From an uncultured delta proteobacterium (GTDB lineage Bacteria > Myxococcota > Kuafuiibacteriia > Kuafuiibacteriales > Kuafuiibacteriaceae), in assembly GCA_963803435.1 (NCBI GenBank), contig CAWDML010000014.1, positions 32,001-96,000 of the forward strand: 64,000 nucleotides of DNA. Direction: 5' to 3'. Both the position numbers and the translations under genes were made by a program. The notes beneath the pieces are model-generated. The model had not been told where the DNA came from. It ran no database searches and saw only the letters and a program-made list of their open reading frames with translations. This document shows, piece after piece, positions 53,759 through 62,559 of this stretch (position 1 is the stretch's first letter; every line of letters begins with the position of its first letter).

Positions 53759-54474
53759 GCGCCTGCTGGTGGGCGGCGCTGGCGCTGGCGGGCTGCGCGT
53801 CGGCGCGCCCGGACGCGGCGCTGGAGCGGGTGGAGCTCCCCTTTCGACCGGGCCGCAAGGTCGATCGGCTCCTGATCTTGATCCACGGTAAGGGTGACTC
53901 GATCCGCTCGTTTGAAACGAACGGTTTTCTCGACGAGCTGGCCGAGCGCGCCGTCGCGATCGACGCGGTGGCGGTCGTGGTCCGACCGGACGTGCGCGTC
54001 CACGCGTTCGCTCAGCACCTCCACGACGATCTGGTCCTCCCGAAGCGGCAGGAGGGCTACCAGCGGATCTACGTCCTCGGCGTCGCCGAGGGCGGGGAGC
54101 GGGCGCTCGCGTTCGCGCGACGCTACGCCGGTGAGCCCGACGGCTTGATCCTGTTCGCGCCCTACCTCGGCCCGGCCCCGCTGGTCGACACCATCAACGC
54201 GCAGGGCGGGCTCGATCAGTGGCGGCCCTCCCTACCGCTCGGCGAGCTGGACCGCGTCTGGCAGTGGCTCCAGGGCTACGGGCTGGGCGCCGGGCGTCCC
54301 GCGCTTGAGCTGATGTGGGGCGACCGCGATCCCTCGTCCGTGCAGATGACGACGCTCGAGGAGGTGCTGCCTCCCGAGCGCGTGCACCGCGGTCCCGGCG
54401 GGCACGACTGGCCGACCTGGCGCCGGCTCTGGGCGGAGCTCCTCGATCGCGACCCCTTCGGATGGATCCAATGA
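53755..54474 (+). CDS. Alpha/beta-hydrolase-fold lipoprotein
   Basis: Lipobox 'LAGC', 'LILIHGKGD', 'GVAEGG' at the nucleophile elbow, 'APYLG', 'GGHDWPTW'. Confidence 0.7.
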   Translation: MSACWWAALALAGCASARPDAALERVELPFRPGRKVDRLLILIHGKGDSIRSFETNGFLDELAERAVAIDAVAVVVRPDVRVHAFAQHLHDDLVLPKRQEGYQRIYVLGVAEGGERALAFARRYAGEPDGLILFAPYLGPAPLVDTINAQGGLDQWRPSLPLGELDRVWQWLQGYGLGAGRPALELMWGDRDPSSVQMTTLEEVLPPERVHRGPGGHDWPTWRRLWAELLDRDPFGWIQ

Positions 54475-55109
54475 CGTTCACCTTCGATCCCGCGCACGCG
54501 CTCGAGCACCTGCGGACTTCCGACGCGAGGCTTTCGCGCCTCATCGCCACGGTTGGTCCGTTTCGGATGGAGCTGAAGACCACCTCGAGCGTGTTCGTCG
54601 CGCTCGCCGAGGCCATCGTCTACCAGCAGCTCAACGGGAAGGCGGCCGCCACCATCTTCGGCCGGGTGTGCGCGCTCTTCCCCCGCGCGAAGGCGGGGCC
54701 GAGCCCACGCCAGATCCTGCGAGCCTCCGACGACAAGCTCCGGAGCGCCGGCCTCTCGCGCTCGAAGCTGCTCTCGATCCGAGACCTGGCGGCGCGAGTG
54801 GAGCGGGGTGAGCTGCCCACGCTCGAGGAAGCGGAGCGACTCGATGACGAGACCCTCATCGAGCGACTCACCGAGGTGCGGGGGATCGGCCGGTGGACCG
54901 CGGAGATGTTCTTGATGTTCCGCCTGGGACGCCCCGACGTGCTCCCTGCCGACGACTACGGGGTGAGGAAGGGGTTCGCGACGGTGTACCGGAAGGCCGA
55001 GCTGCCGACGCGACCTCAGCTCGAGAAACACGGCGATCGCTGGCGGCCGTATCGCTCGGTGGCGAGCTGGTACCTGTGGCGCGCCGCCGAGCGGGCCGGA
55101 TCGGATTGA
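54471..55109 (+). CDS. alkA: DNA-3-methyladenine glycosylase II (AlkA/HhH-GPD family)
   Basis: 'IVYQQL', 'GLSRSK', HhH 'VRGIGRWTAEM', 'PADD', 'WRPYRS'. Confidence 0.88.
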   Translation: MTFTFDPAHALEHLRTSDARLSRLIATVGPFRMELKTTSSVFVALAEAIVYQQLNGKAAATIFGRVCALFPRAKAGPSPRQILRASDDKLRSAGLSRSKLLSIRDLAARVERGELPTLEEAERLDDETLIERLTEVRGIGRWTAEMFLMFRLGRPDVLPADDYGVRKGFATVYRKAELPTRPQLEKHGDRWRPYRSVASWYLWRAAERAGSD

Positions 55110-55335
55110 CGGAGCGCACCGGTCCACCACGTCCGTCTCGATCACGCTCCACCTCGACGCGAGCTCGCGGTCTCTGCGCGCGCGCTTCGAGGAGCGGCTC
55201 TCGGCCGAGCCTTCCCCGCCCGCACCCCTCCGCGCCCCGTCCGCACCACCCGCCCCTCCTGGGGCGCCATGAGGAGGCGGCCGAGCTGTACCGGCGCATC
55301 GCCGACGATCCGAGGTGGATCTGGAGCTTTGGCGG

Positions 55336-57081
55336 CTAAAAGCTCGCCTCGAAGCCGCCCTCGCCGAAGATCCACACCCGATCCTGTTCGTCGATGCGGA
55401 CGACGGTGAGCATCCGATCGAGGTGAGACTCGATCGTGCGCCAGGTGGCACCAGCATCCTCGCTCACCAGCACGGCGCCGCGCGCACCCACTGCGACGAG
55501 CCGCTCCCCGTCGCGCGTGGCGAGGTCGTAGACGTCCGCGGTCGAGCCGGTGGAGAGGACGCTCCAGCTGACGCCGTCGTCGGTGGAGCGGGCGAGGACG
55601 CCGCTCGGTCCTGCGGCCCAGACGTCCTGCCCGTGGCTGGTCACCGCGTAGTACGTGTTCCAGCCGTCGACGAGCGTGAAGTGCTCGGCGTCGGTGGAGA
55701 CGCCGAGGTAGTACTCGCCGGCGGCGATCAGCGTGCCCGCGGCGGTGCGGTGGAGCCGATCGATCTGCGCGGCGCCGTAGCCGGGATAGCCGAGGAACAA
55801 CGGTTGCCAGGTGAGCCCGTCATCGTCGCTCGCATAACCGGAGACCCCGCCCGCCACCACCCGCCCCGAGGGGAGGCAGGACACGTCGAGGACCAGCGGG
55901 ACGTAGGCGTCCGGGCTCTGGGGGAGGCGGGCGAGCGTCCAGGACGTCCCGGCGGGATCGAGGCGGGCCAGCTCCGCGCCGGCGGCGGCGATCCGGGCGC
56001 CGGTCGGCGTCGTGCAGATGCCGGTGAGGTTGCGCTCGCCGGTCGAGCTGGCCGGAACGAGCGGGAGCTGCGATGGCGACGCGCCCGCGAAGGACCAGGC
56101 GGCGCCGCCGGTACCGACCGCGGCGAAGCTCGGTGAGGTCACGATCGTCGAGGTGGCAGCGAGCAGGCTCTCGCCGAGGATCGGCGCTTCGGTCCAATCG
56201 TTCGGCAGCGATCCGTCCGCGGGGCGGGGTCCGCCGTCGAGCCAGCGGAACGCGTCGTCATAGTGCCAGGGGAAGAGCGCGTGCCCCGCCATCGACGCCC
56301 GCTCGAAGAGACGATCCAGCGGGTAGCCGGCCCGCGCCAGCGCAGCCTCCAGCTGCGGCACGCCGAGCTGGTGGTGGAGATCGCGATAGCCGGTGGCGAC
56401 GTAGATCCGCGGTCCGTCCGGGAGCGCCGGCAGGGGGAACGGCGTCCAGTATCCGCCTGCGATCACCGCCGAGCCGCGGAACGGAGACGCCGGCTCGGCC
56501 AGCAGCCGCAGCGCCATCTGGGTTCCGTTGGAGAAGCCGAGCGCGTAGATGCGCTCCGGATCGACGGTGTAGCGGCGCTCGACGTCTTCGAGGAGCGCGC
56601 GCGTGAACGCCAGGTTGGCGGTCACGTCGGCGGCCGTGCCGTCCCAGTAGTACCAGGTCTGATCGCCCACCGGGATGGTGGTGGAGCGCGGCCGGACCAG
56701 CACGAAGCCGAATCGGTCCGCCGCCTGGATCGCACCGTCGAGCGTGTAGACCTCCTCGGCAGGATCCGGACCCCCGTAGGCGCCGTGGAAGTCGAAGAGG
56801 ACCGGCCAGGCGGACGTGCACCGGGCCGCTTCGGGGACGTAGAGCAGATAGCGGCGCTCCCGGCCGTCGACCTCGAGGGTCTGGTCCCTGAACAGGCCGG
56901 TCTCGCCCAGGCAGGTCGGCTCGCCCCCGTCGGCGGGGCCCGAGTCGGAGGCGCCCGCGTCGACGGGCGCCGCGTCGGGCGGAACGCCGGCGTCGGGGGC
57001 GGGCTCGGCAGCCGGGATTTGCGGGGATCCGCACCCGAGCGCGCCCACGAGGAGGGAGAGCGAGACGGAAGACCGGGCCAT
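55336..57081 (-). CDS. Lipoprotein: LpqC/PHB-depolymerase-like esterase + BNR/Ycf48-like propeller
   Basis: 'LGC' lipobox, 'FDFHG', 'DPERIYALGFSNG', BNR 'SDDDGLTW', 'STDDGVSW', 'SEDAGATW'. Confidence 0.8.
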   Translation of the reverse strand: MARSSVSLSLLVGALGCGSPQIPAAEPAPDAGVPPDAAPVDAGASDSGPADGGEPTCLGETGLFRDQTLEVDGRERRYLLYVPEAARCTSAWPVLFDFHGAYGGPDPAEEVYTLDGAIQAADRFGFVLVRPRSTTIPVGDQTWYYWDGTAADVTANLAFTRALLEDVERRYTVDPERIYALGFSNGTQMALRLLAEPASPFRGSAVIAGGYWTPFPLPALPDGPRIYVATGYRDLHHQLGVPQLEAALARAGYPLDRLFERASMAGHALFPWHYDDAFRWLDGGPRPADGSLPNDWTEAPILGESLLAATSTIVTSPSFAAVGTGGAAWSFAGASPSQLPLVPASSTGERNLTGICTTPTGARIAAAGAELARLDPAGTSWTLARLPQSPDAYVPLVLDVSCLPSGRVVAGGVSGYASDDDGLTWQPLFLGYPGYGAAQIDRLHRTAAGTLIAAGEYYLGVSTDAEHFTLVDGWNTYYAVTSHGQDVWAAGPSGVLARSTDDGVSWSVLSTGSTADVYDLATRDGERLVAVGARGAVLVSEDAGATWRTIESHLDRMLTVVRIDEQDRVWIFGEGGFEASF

Positions 57082-57121
57082 CGATCCGGTAGTACCGGCG
57101 CTCCCGCGATGTGACAGGCGC

Positions 57122-59561
57122 TCACTCGAGCGTCCAGAGCCAGCCCTCGATGACCGCCTCCTTGGCGATGAACGCCACGTGCCGCCCGTCCGCCGAGACC
57201 TCCGGGCCCGCCAGCGTGCGCTCCCGATCGCTCGCGTAGAGCACCGCCCGCGTCCCGTCGAGGCCGAGGCGCGCCACAGCCGTCTCACCGGCACACTCCT
57301 CGGCGGTCAACAGCTCCGTCTCGCTCAGGAAGGCCGCGCCATGCACCACGCAGCCGGACGCGGTCGCGACGCGCTGCACCGTGCGTTGCTCCAGATCCAC
57401 GACCGAGACCTCGCCTCGCTCGGGGATCGCCGCGTGCCGTCCGCTCGACGACAGCCCCACACCGAGCGTGGAGTCTGCGGCCGAAGCGATGGTGAACGCC
57501 TCGGGCCCGCCCAGGCGGGACAGGTGGAGGACCGAGTCCTCGCGCTGGAAGAGCCAGCACGCGCCGGCCGCGCTGCACCGAAGCCGCACGCCCCGTGGTG
57601 AGGGCGGCACCACCGCGGCCGGCATCGAGCCGAGCGTCGAGACCCGCTCGCCGCCCGGCCACCGCATCAGGACGGGCCGGACCTGGTCGCGTCCCACGGG
57701 CTCGAGAGAGAAGCCGTACAGCAATCCGTCCGGGGCAGCCTCGGGCCACGTGAACGAGCGATCGTGTGGGCCGATCCGGCGCATCGAACCATCGAGGGTG
57801 ATCATCACCGGCGACCACACCTGGAACGCGTCGGACATCGCGAGCACCTCGTCGTCGACGAAGCCGGTGGTGCGCTCGTTGGCCGGCGTCGACGTCAGGC
57901 GGCGGACGTTCTCCAGCGCGCGGCCGGACCAGTCGCCGGCGAGCACGTCCGACTGCAGATCTCCAGTCACCAGGAACAGTCGCTCGCCGCGCGCACGCAG
58001 CTTCCAGAGGGTGGCCAGCGGGAACCGGCCCAGCTCGGTGCGGGGCGCGAGCCGGCCCGCCTTCGAGGCCACGATGGCGGCGCCGGGGCTCTCATCGGAG
58101 ATCCGCGCGAAGACCCAGAGGTCGGGCTGGGGCCAGCTGAACGCGGTGCGCCCGCCCTCGAGGCCGAGCCAATCGCTGCCGGCGCGCTCGACCTGCTTCG
58201 TCTTCAGATTGACGACTCGGACCTCCGCCGCCGGGAGCTCGTTCGGCACGATCACCACCACGCCGATGCGATCGCCGGACGGTGCAAAGTCGAAGTCTCC
58301 GATCATCTCGCGGGCGGAGCAGCGAAGCACGACCCCGAACGGTGATCCGTCGTCGCTCACGGCCAGGTCCGTGTCGGTGGCCACCGCGACCCGCCGCCCG
58401 TCGTGGCTCGACTCGACCTGCACGAACGGCCCCTCGGCGATCCGAACGGCCGCCCTCGAGGCGAACGGCACGCGATAGAGCGTGGCGTCGCCGCTGGCCG
58501 AGCTCGACACGACCAGGATGGAGTCGTTCGAGCCCGCCCAAGCGATGCTCTGCAAGCTACCTTGCAACCATGGCGTGCGCATGCGGCGGCCGTCCTCGTC
58601 GACCCATTCGAGCGCGCCGCGCGATGCCGCGACCAGACGGTGGCCGGAGGGCGCGGCGGCCACCAGCGACAGGGGCGCGTCCGGACCCGAGGTGATCAGA
58701 CGGGCTCTCCCGGTCACCTCGACGTGCGGCGCGCGCGGGATCGAGGCGACCACCGCCCCGATCGCCGCCACGACGGCCAGCAGCACCGCTCCGCGAAGGC
58801 GGGCCAAGCGCCGACGCCCGGCCGAGAGCATCGCCAGGGCGCCTCGGGCGCTCTCGGGCCGATCACCGGGATCGGGGCTCACGCACGCGCCGATCACGCG
58901 GCGCCAGGCCCGCCACCGCGAGAGGCCGATCGCCCGCAGAACCAGACCTGCGGCGTAGAGGTCGGCCCGCGCGTCAACCGCAGTCCCGGCACCGACCTCC
59001 GGCGCCACGAAGCCGAGCGTCCCGCCGCCGTCGGCCGGCGCGCCGGACGCGAGTGAGAGACCGAAGTCGAGGATTCTTGATCCGGCCCTCGGGCGTCAGC
59101 ATCACGTTGCTCGGCTTGAGATCCCGGTGGACGACGCCGCGCTCGTGCGCAGCCGACAGCGCCTCGAAGAGCTGCACCCCGCAAGACTCGGCCTCGGCCC
59201 GGGAGAGCGAGTCGAGACGGGACGACAGGGGCGCGCCTCGGATCAGCTCCATCGCGACGAAGCACCACGGACCCTCCTGGCCCACCTCGTAGACGTGCGC
59301 CACGCCCGGGTGCTGCACGGAGGCCGCCATCCGGGCCTCGGCGAGCGCGCGGACCTCGGGCGTCGAGCCGCCCGGCAGCATCAGCTTCAGCGCGACCGGA
59401 CGTCCCAGGTGCTCGTCGAAGGCCTCGAAGACCGCGCCCATGCCGCCTCGGCCCAGCCGGCTGCCCAGCCGATAGGCGCCGAGCCGCCCGGGGAACGAGA
59501 GCGGCGGCGGCGGCCGCGCCACCATCCGGAGCGCCTCGTCCAGCTCATCGCCCTCGTCCAC
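57122..59561 (-). CDS. Ser/Thr protein kinase with TM helix and extracellular TolB-like propeller, 1-nt insertion near 59074
   Basis: 'GRGGMGAV', 'VALK', 'HRDLKPSN'; removing one base at GATTC 59072-59076 restores 'IKILDFG...APE'. Confidence 0.85.
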
Positions 59562-59611
59562 GTGAGGATCCTATACCTGCCGGGCGCGCGCGGTTGATAG
59601 CGTGGTGACCG

Positions 59612-60184
59612 ATGGAGGCCTCGCACGAGTCGGCGCTCTTCGAGCTGCACGCAGGTGGCGACTACCAGGCGTGCCTCACCCGGGCGCTCGATCTCTACGG
59701 CCAAGAGCTCCACGGCTTCCTCCGCGCGCGCAGCAACGACGGTGACGCCGACGAGATCTACAGCGTGGTCTGTGCAGCGCTCGTCGAGGCGCTGCCGCGG
59801 TTCGAGCGGCGTGCGAGCTTCCGGACCTGGATGTACCAGATCGCACGCTTCACCGTCGCCCGGGCGTTGCGAGGACGCGCTGCGCCTCACCTTCCCCTCT
59901 CCCAGGTCTCCGACCCCGCGCAGCTGATCGCGCGGCGCTCCGAGCCTCCGTCGCACCTCGGCGAGGCGGCCCAGGCGAGGCTGGCCGCGTTGCGAGCGGA
60001 GCTCTCCGAGGCGGACCGCGAGCTGCTCTACCTCCGCGTGGATCGAGGGCTCGACTGGCGCGAGGTGGCGGAGGCCCTCGGCGAGGGGGCCGAGCCGGAC
60101 GACGCCGTCACCCGTCGCAGCGCCGCCCTGCGGAAGCGGTTCGAGCGGTTGAAGGGCCGCATCCGCCAGCAGCTGCAGCTCTGA
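59612..60184 (+). CDS. ECF-type sigma-70 factor
   Basis: 'LPRFERRASFRTWMYQIAR', region 4 'LSEADRELLYLRVDRGLDWREVA'. Confidence 0.85.
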   Translation: MEASHESALFELHAGGDYQACLTRALDLYGQELHGFLRARSNDGDADEIYSVVCAALVEALPRFERRASFRTWMYQIARFTVARALRGRAAPHLPLSQVSDPAQLIARRSEPPSHLGEAAQARLAALRAELSEADRELLYLRVDRGLDWREVAEALGEGAEPDDAVTRRSAALRKRFERLKGRIRQQLQL

Positions 60185-60206
60185 CGTCACGCTTCTCGGT
60201 CGCGTA

Positions 60207-61787
60207 TCAGACGCGCGCCGCCAGCACCTCCGCGATCGACTCGGCCACCGCAGCGATCGTGAGCGACGGATTCGCACAGAGTGAGCTGGGGATGATCGAG
60301 CCGTCGACGACGAAGAGGTTCGGATTGCCGAAGCACTCGCCGTTCGGATCGACCACACCGTCTGCGCGCAACTCCGCCATGCGGCAGCCGCCCAGCGGAT
60401 GGCTGGTGTTGACGCTGCCGCCGCGCCGATAGTTGTCGAGGAACATCTCGCCGCCGAGCGCCTCGTAGATGCGCCGCATGGCGTCGACCGCCGTGCTCCA
60501 GCGCGCCTCGGTGGCGTCGCTGGTGCGGCGCCAGCGGACGATCGGCCGGTCACCGTCGAGATCGACCTCGCCCTCGCAGTCGTCGAACGCGAGACAGCCC
60601 ATGCTCAACATCCGCGAGGCGAACTTCTCGAGGCGGCGCGCGAAGGGCTCGCCCCAGTCGCGCTCGCGCTCGTCGGCGCCGGTGGAGGCGCGCCCGAGCG
60701 CCTTCGGATCCTGCGGCCGAAGCAGCGTGGAGATGCGGCCGAGCGAGAGATAGAGCGGCTCGGCGTAGAAGGGGAGCAAGACGAAGCCGTGATCGCGGAA
60801 GAAGCTGGGGCAGACGCTGGCGATCGGCTTGCCCTTCTGACCCTCGACGTCGAGCTCGAGGTCGTCGCCCACCAGGCCGGTCACACCGTAGTCGCCGTTG
60901 CCGGAGAGGTGTTGTCCCAGCGCGTCCCCGAACGAGCGATCGCCGGTGAAGTTGTCCGCGGAGCGGAGGAGCAGGCCGGTCGAGGCGACCGCGCCGCCGG
61001 CCACCACCAGGAGCCGGCACTCGATCTCGAGCTCGCGGTCGCGCCCCTGGCGCCGATCGATCGCGCGCACCTGATAGCGATCTCCCGCGGGGAGGATCTC
61101 GAGCACCTCGCAGCCGGAGGTGAAACGCACGCCCGCGTCGAGCGCGTCGCGGAGATAGTTCTTGGTCAGGTTCTGACGGCCCTCGAAGCGCTGCCCCTGG
61201 GTCCACCAACCCTCGTTGGCGTCCTGATCGGTGGCGACCTTCAACGGGATCGCCGTGGCTCCGATGCGCCGGCAGCCCTCGGCGAACACGAAGTCGCGCT
61301 TCGTGGTGAGCTGCCAGTGAGGCACGTCGCGATCGGTCCAGGCCAGGCGGTGAACGCGGAGCTTCTGCTCGACGGTCGCATAGTGGCGATCGAGGGAAGC
61401 GCGGGAGTAGCGCGCCGGCCAGAGGCGGCGACCGTCGCGAACCTGCTCGAAGGCGACAGCCGGCGCGCGCAGGCTGACGCCCGAGTACACGTTGGAGCCG
61501 CCGCCGATCCCGATGCCGCCGAGCACGTTGAGCGTGGCGTTCTCCGGATCCGTGTGCACCTCGACCAGGCGGGAGAGGTAGCTCGGATCGAGCGTGTGCC
61601 GGAACCGATTGCCCTGGGCATTGAGCGGTGGTCCGTCGGACTCCGGGTCATAGCGACCGGTGCTGTCGTCACCCTTGTCGAGGACCCGGACCACGCCGCT
61701 GCCCGCGAGGCGTGCGCCGACGCGTGCCGCCGTCACGGCGCCACCGAAGCCCGAGCCGATGATCACGACGTCGGCGAGCTCGCTCAT
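60207..61787 (-). CDS. GMC-family FAD oxidoreductase (cholesterol-oxidase-like)
   Basis: 'IGSGFGG', 'GIGGGSNVY', 'HPLGGC', 'LFVVDGS', 'NPSLTIAAVAE'. Confidence 0.88.
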   Translation of the reverse strand: MSELADVVIIGSGFGGAVTAARVGARLAGSGVVRVLDKGDDSTGRYDPESDGPPLNAQGNRFRHTLDPSYLSRLVEVHTDPENATLNVLGGIGIGGGSNVYSGVSLRAPAVAFEQVRDGRRLWPARYSRASLDRHYATVEQKLRVHRLAWTDRDVPHWQLTTKRDFVFAEGCRRIGATAIPLKVATDQDANEGWWTQGQRFEGRQNLTKNYLRDALDAGVRFTSGCEVLEILPAGDRYQVRAIDRRQGRDRELEIECRLLVVAGGAVASTGLLLRSADNFTGDRSFGDALGQHLSGNGDYGVTGLVGDDLELDVEGQKGKPIASVCPSFFRDHGFVLLPFYAEPLYLSLGRISTLLRPQDPKALGRASTGADERERDWGEPFARRLEKFASRMLSMGCLAFDDCEGEVDLDGDRPIVRWRRTSDATEARWSTAVDAMRRIYEALGGEMFLDNYRRGGSVNTSHPLGGCRMAELRADGVVDPNGECFGNPNLFVVDGSIIPSSLCANPSLTIAAVAESIAEVLAARV

Positions 61788-62488
61788 ATGAGGTCTCCGT
61801 TCGCGTCGATCACCAGCGAGAGGTCGTCGCCGGGCGTCGGCGCCGGATCACGGTTATACGTGTAGTCCTCGACCTCCCCGCTCGCCCGCGTGCGCGGGTA
61901 GCCCGAGACCGCCAAGCGGTCCTCGAAGTCCTCGAACGGTGGGAAGCCGATCGCGACCAGGCCCAGGTCGGAGTACACCGCGCCAAGATAGGCGATGAAG
62001 CAGGCGGCGCGGACGAACAGGAGCGAGGGTGCGCGCAGCGGATCGTCGAACGCCGCCTGAACGGCGGCTTCCCTCAGCTCGGGCGGGAGCTCGCGGAACG
62101 CGGTGAGCGGGCGCTCGAGCGCGGCCAGCGCGTTGAGGTCGGCGTCGAGGATCCGATGGAAGGACTCGTCGAAGGTGGCGGGGGCCGAGAAGTCGAGGGG
62201 CACGCCCGGTAGCAGGCCCTGCGCACGCGCGATGAACACGAAGCTCTCGATGGAAAGGACCCGCTCCGCGCCGGCGGCGGGCGACCCGGCGAGCAACGTC
62301 TCCATCAGGGCGCGCAGGTTGCTGCCATAGCGCGCCGGCGGAGGCGGCGGACCGGGATCGAGCGGTGGATCGTCCAGTTCCGGCGCGTCCCCTGGCGAGG
62401 GCGCACGCAGGAGCCCGCACCCCGCGGCGGAGAAGCCGAGCACGCCGAGGACCTGGAGCACCTCGCGGCGGGAGAGTCCGGCCGCCAT
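61784..62488 (-). CDS. Tat-signal lipoprotein, gluconate-2-dehydrogenase subunit 3-like partner
   Basis: 'SRREVL' twin-arginine signal and 'AAGC' lipobox; 'FRELPPELRE', 'AIGFP'; ATGA overlap with the GMC gene. Confidence 0.6.
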   Translation of the reverse strand: MAAGLSRREVLQVLGVLGFSAAGCGLLRAPSPGDAPELDDPPLDPGPPPPPARYGSNLRALMETLLAGSPAAGAERVLSIESFVFIARAQGLLPGVPLDFSAPATFDESFHRILDADLNALAALERPLTAFRELPPELREAAVQAAFDDPLRAPSLLFVRAACFIAYLGAVYSDLGLVAIGFPPFEDFEDRLAVSGYPRTRASGEVEDYTYNRDPAPTPGDDLSLVIDANGDLI

Positions 62489-62559
62489 CCTGCCCCGGTA
62501 GCGCGAGGCCGCGCCGTTGTCCGTTCGCAAGAACGCAAGTCGGAGATCAGTAAATTGAT

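Noticed and set aside
55106-55339. Short frame ending 'LLGRHEEAAELYRRIADDPRWIWSFGG'
   Set aside because: Perhaps a TPR-like remnant, but no credible start and too little signal to call.
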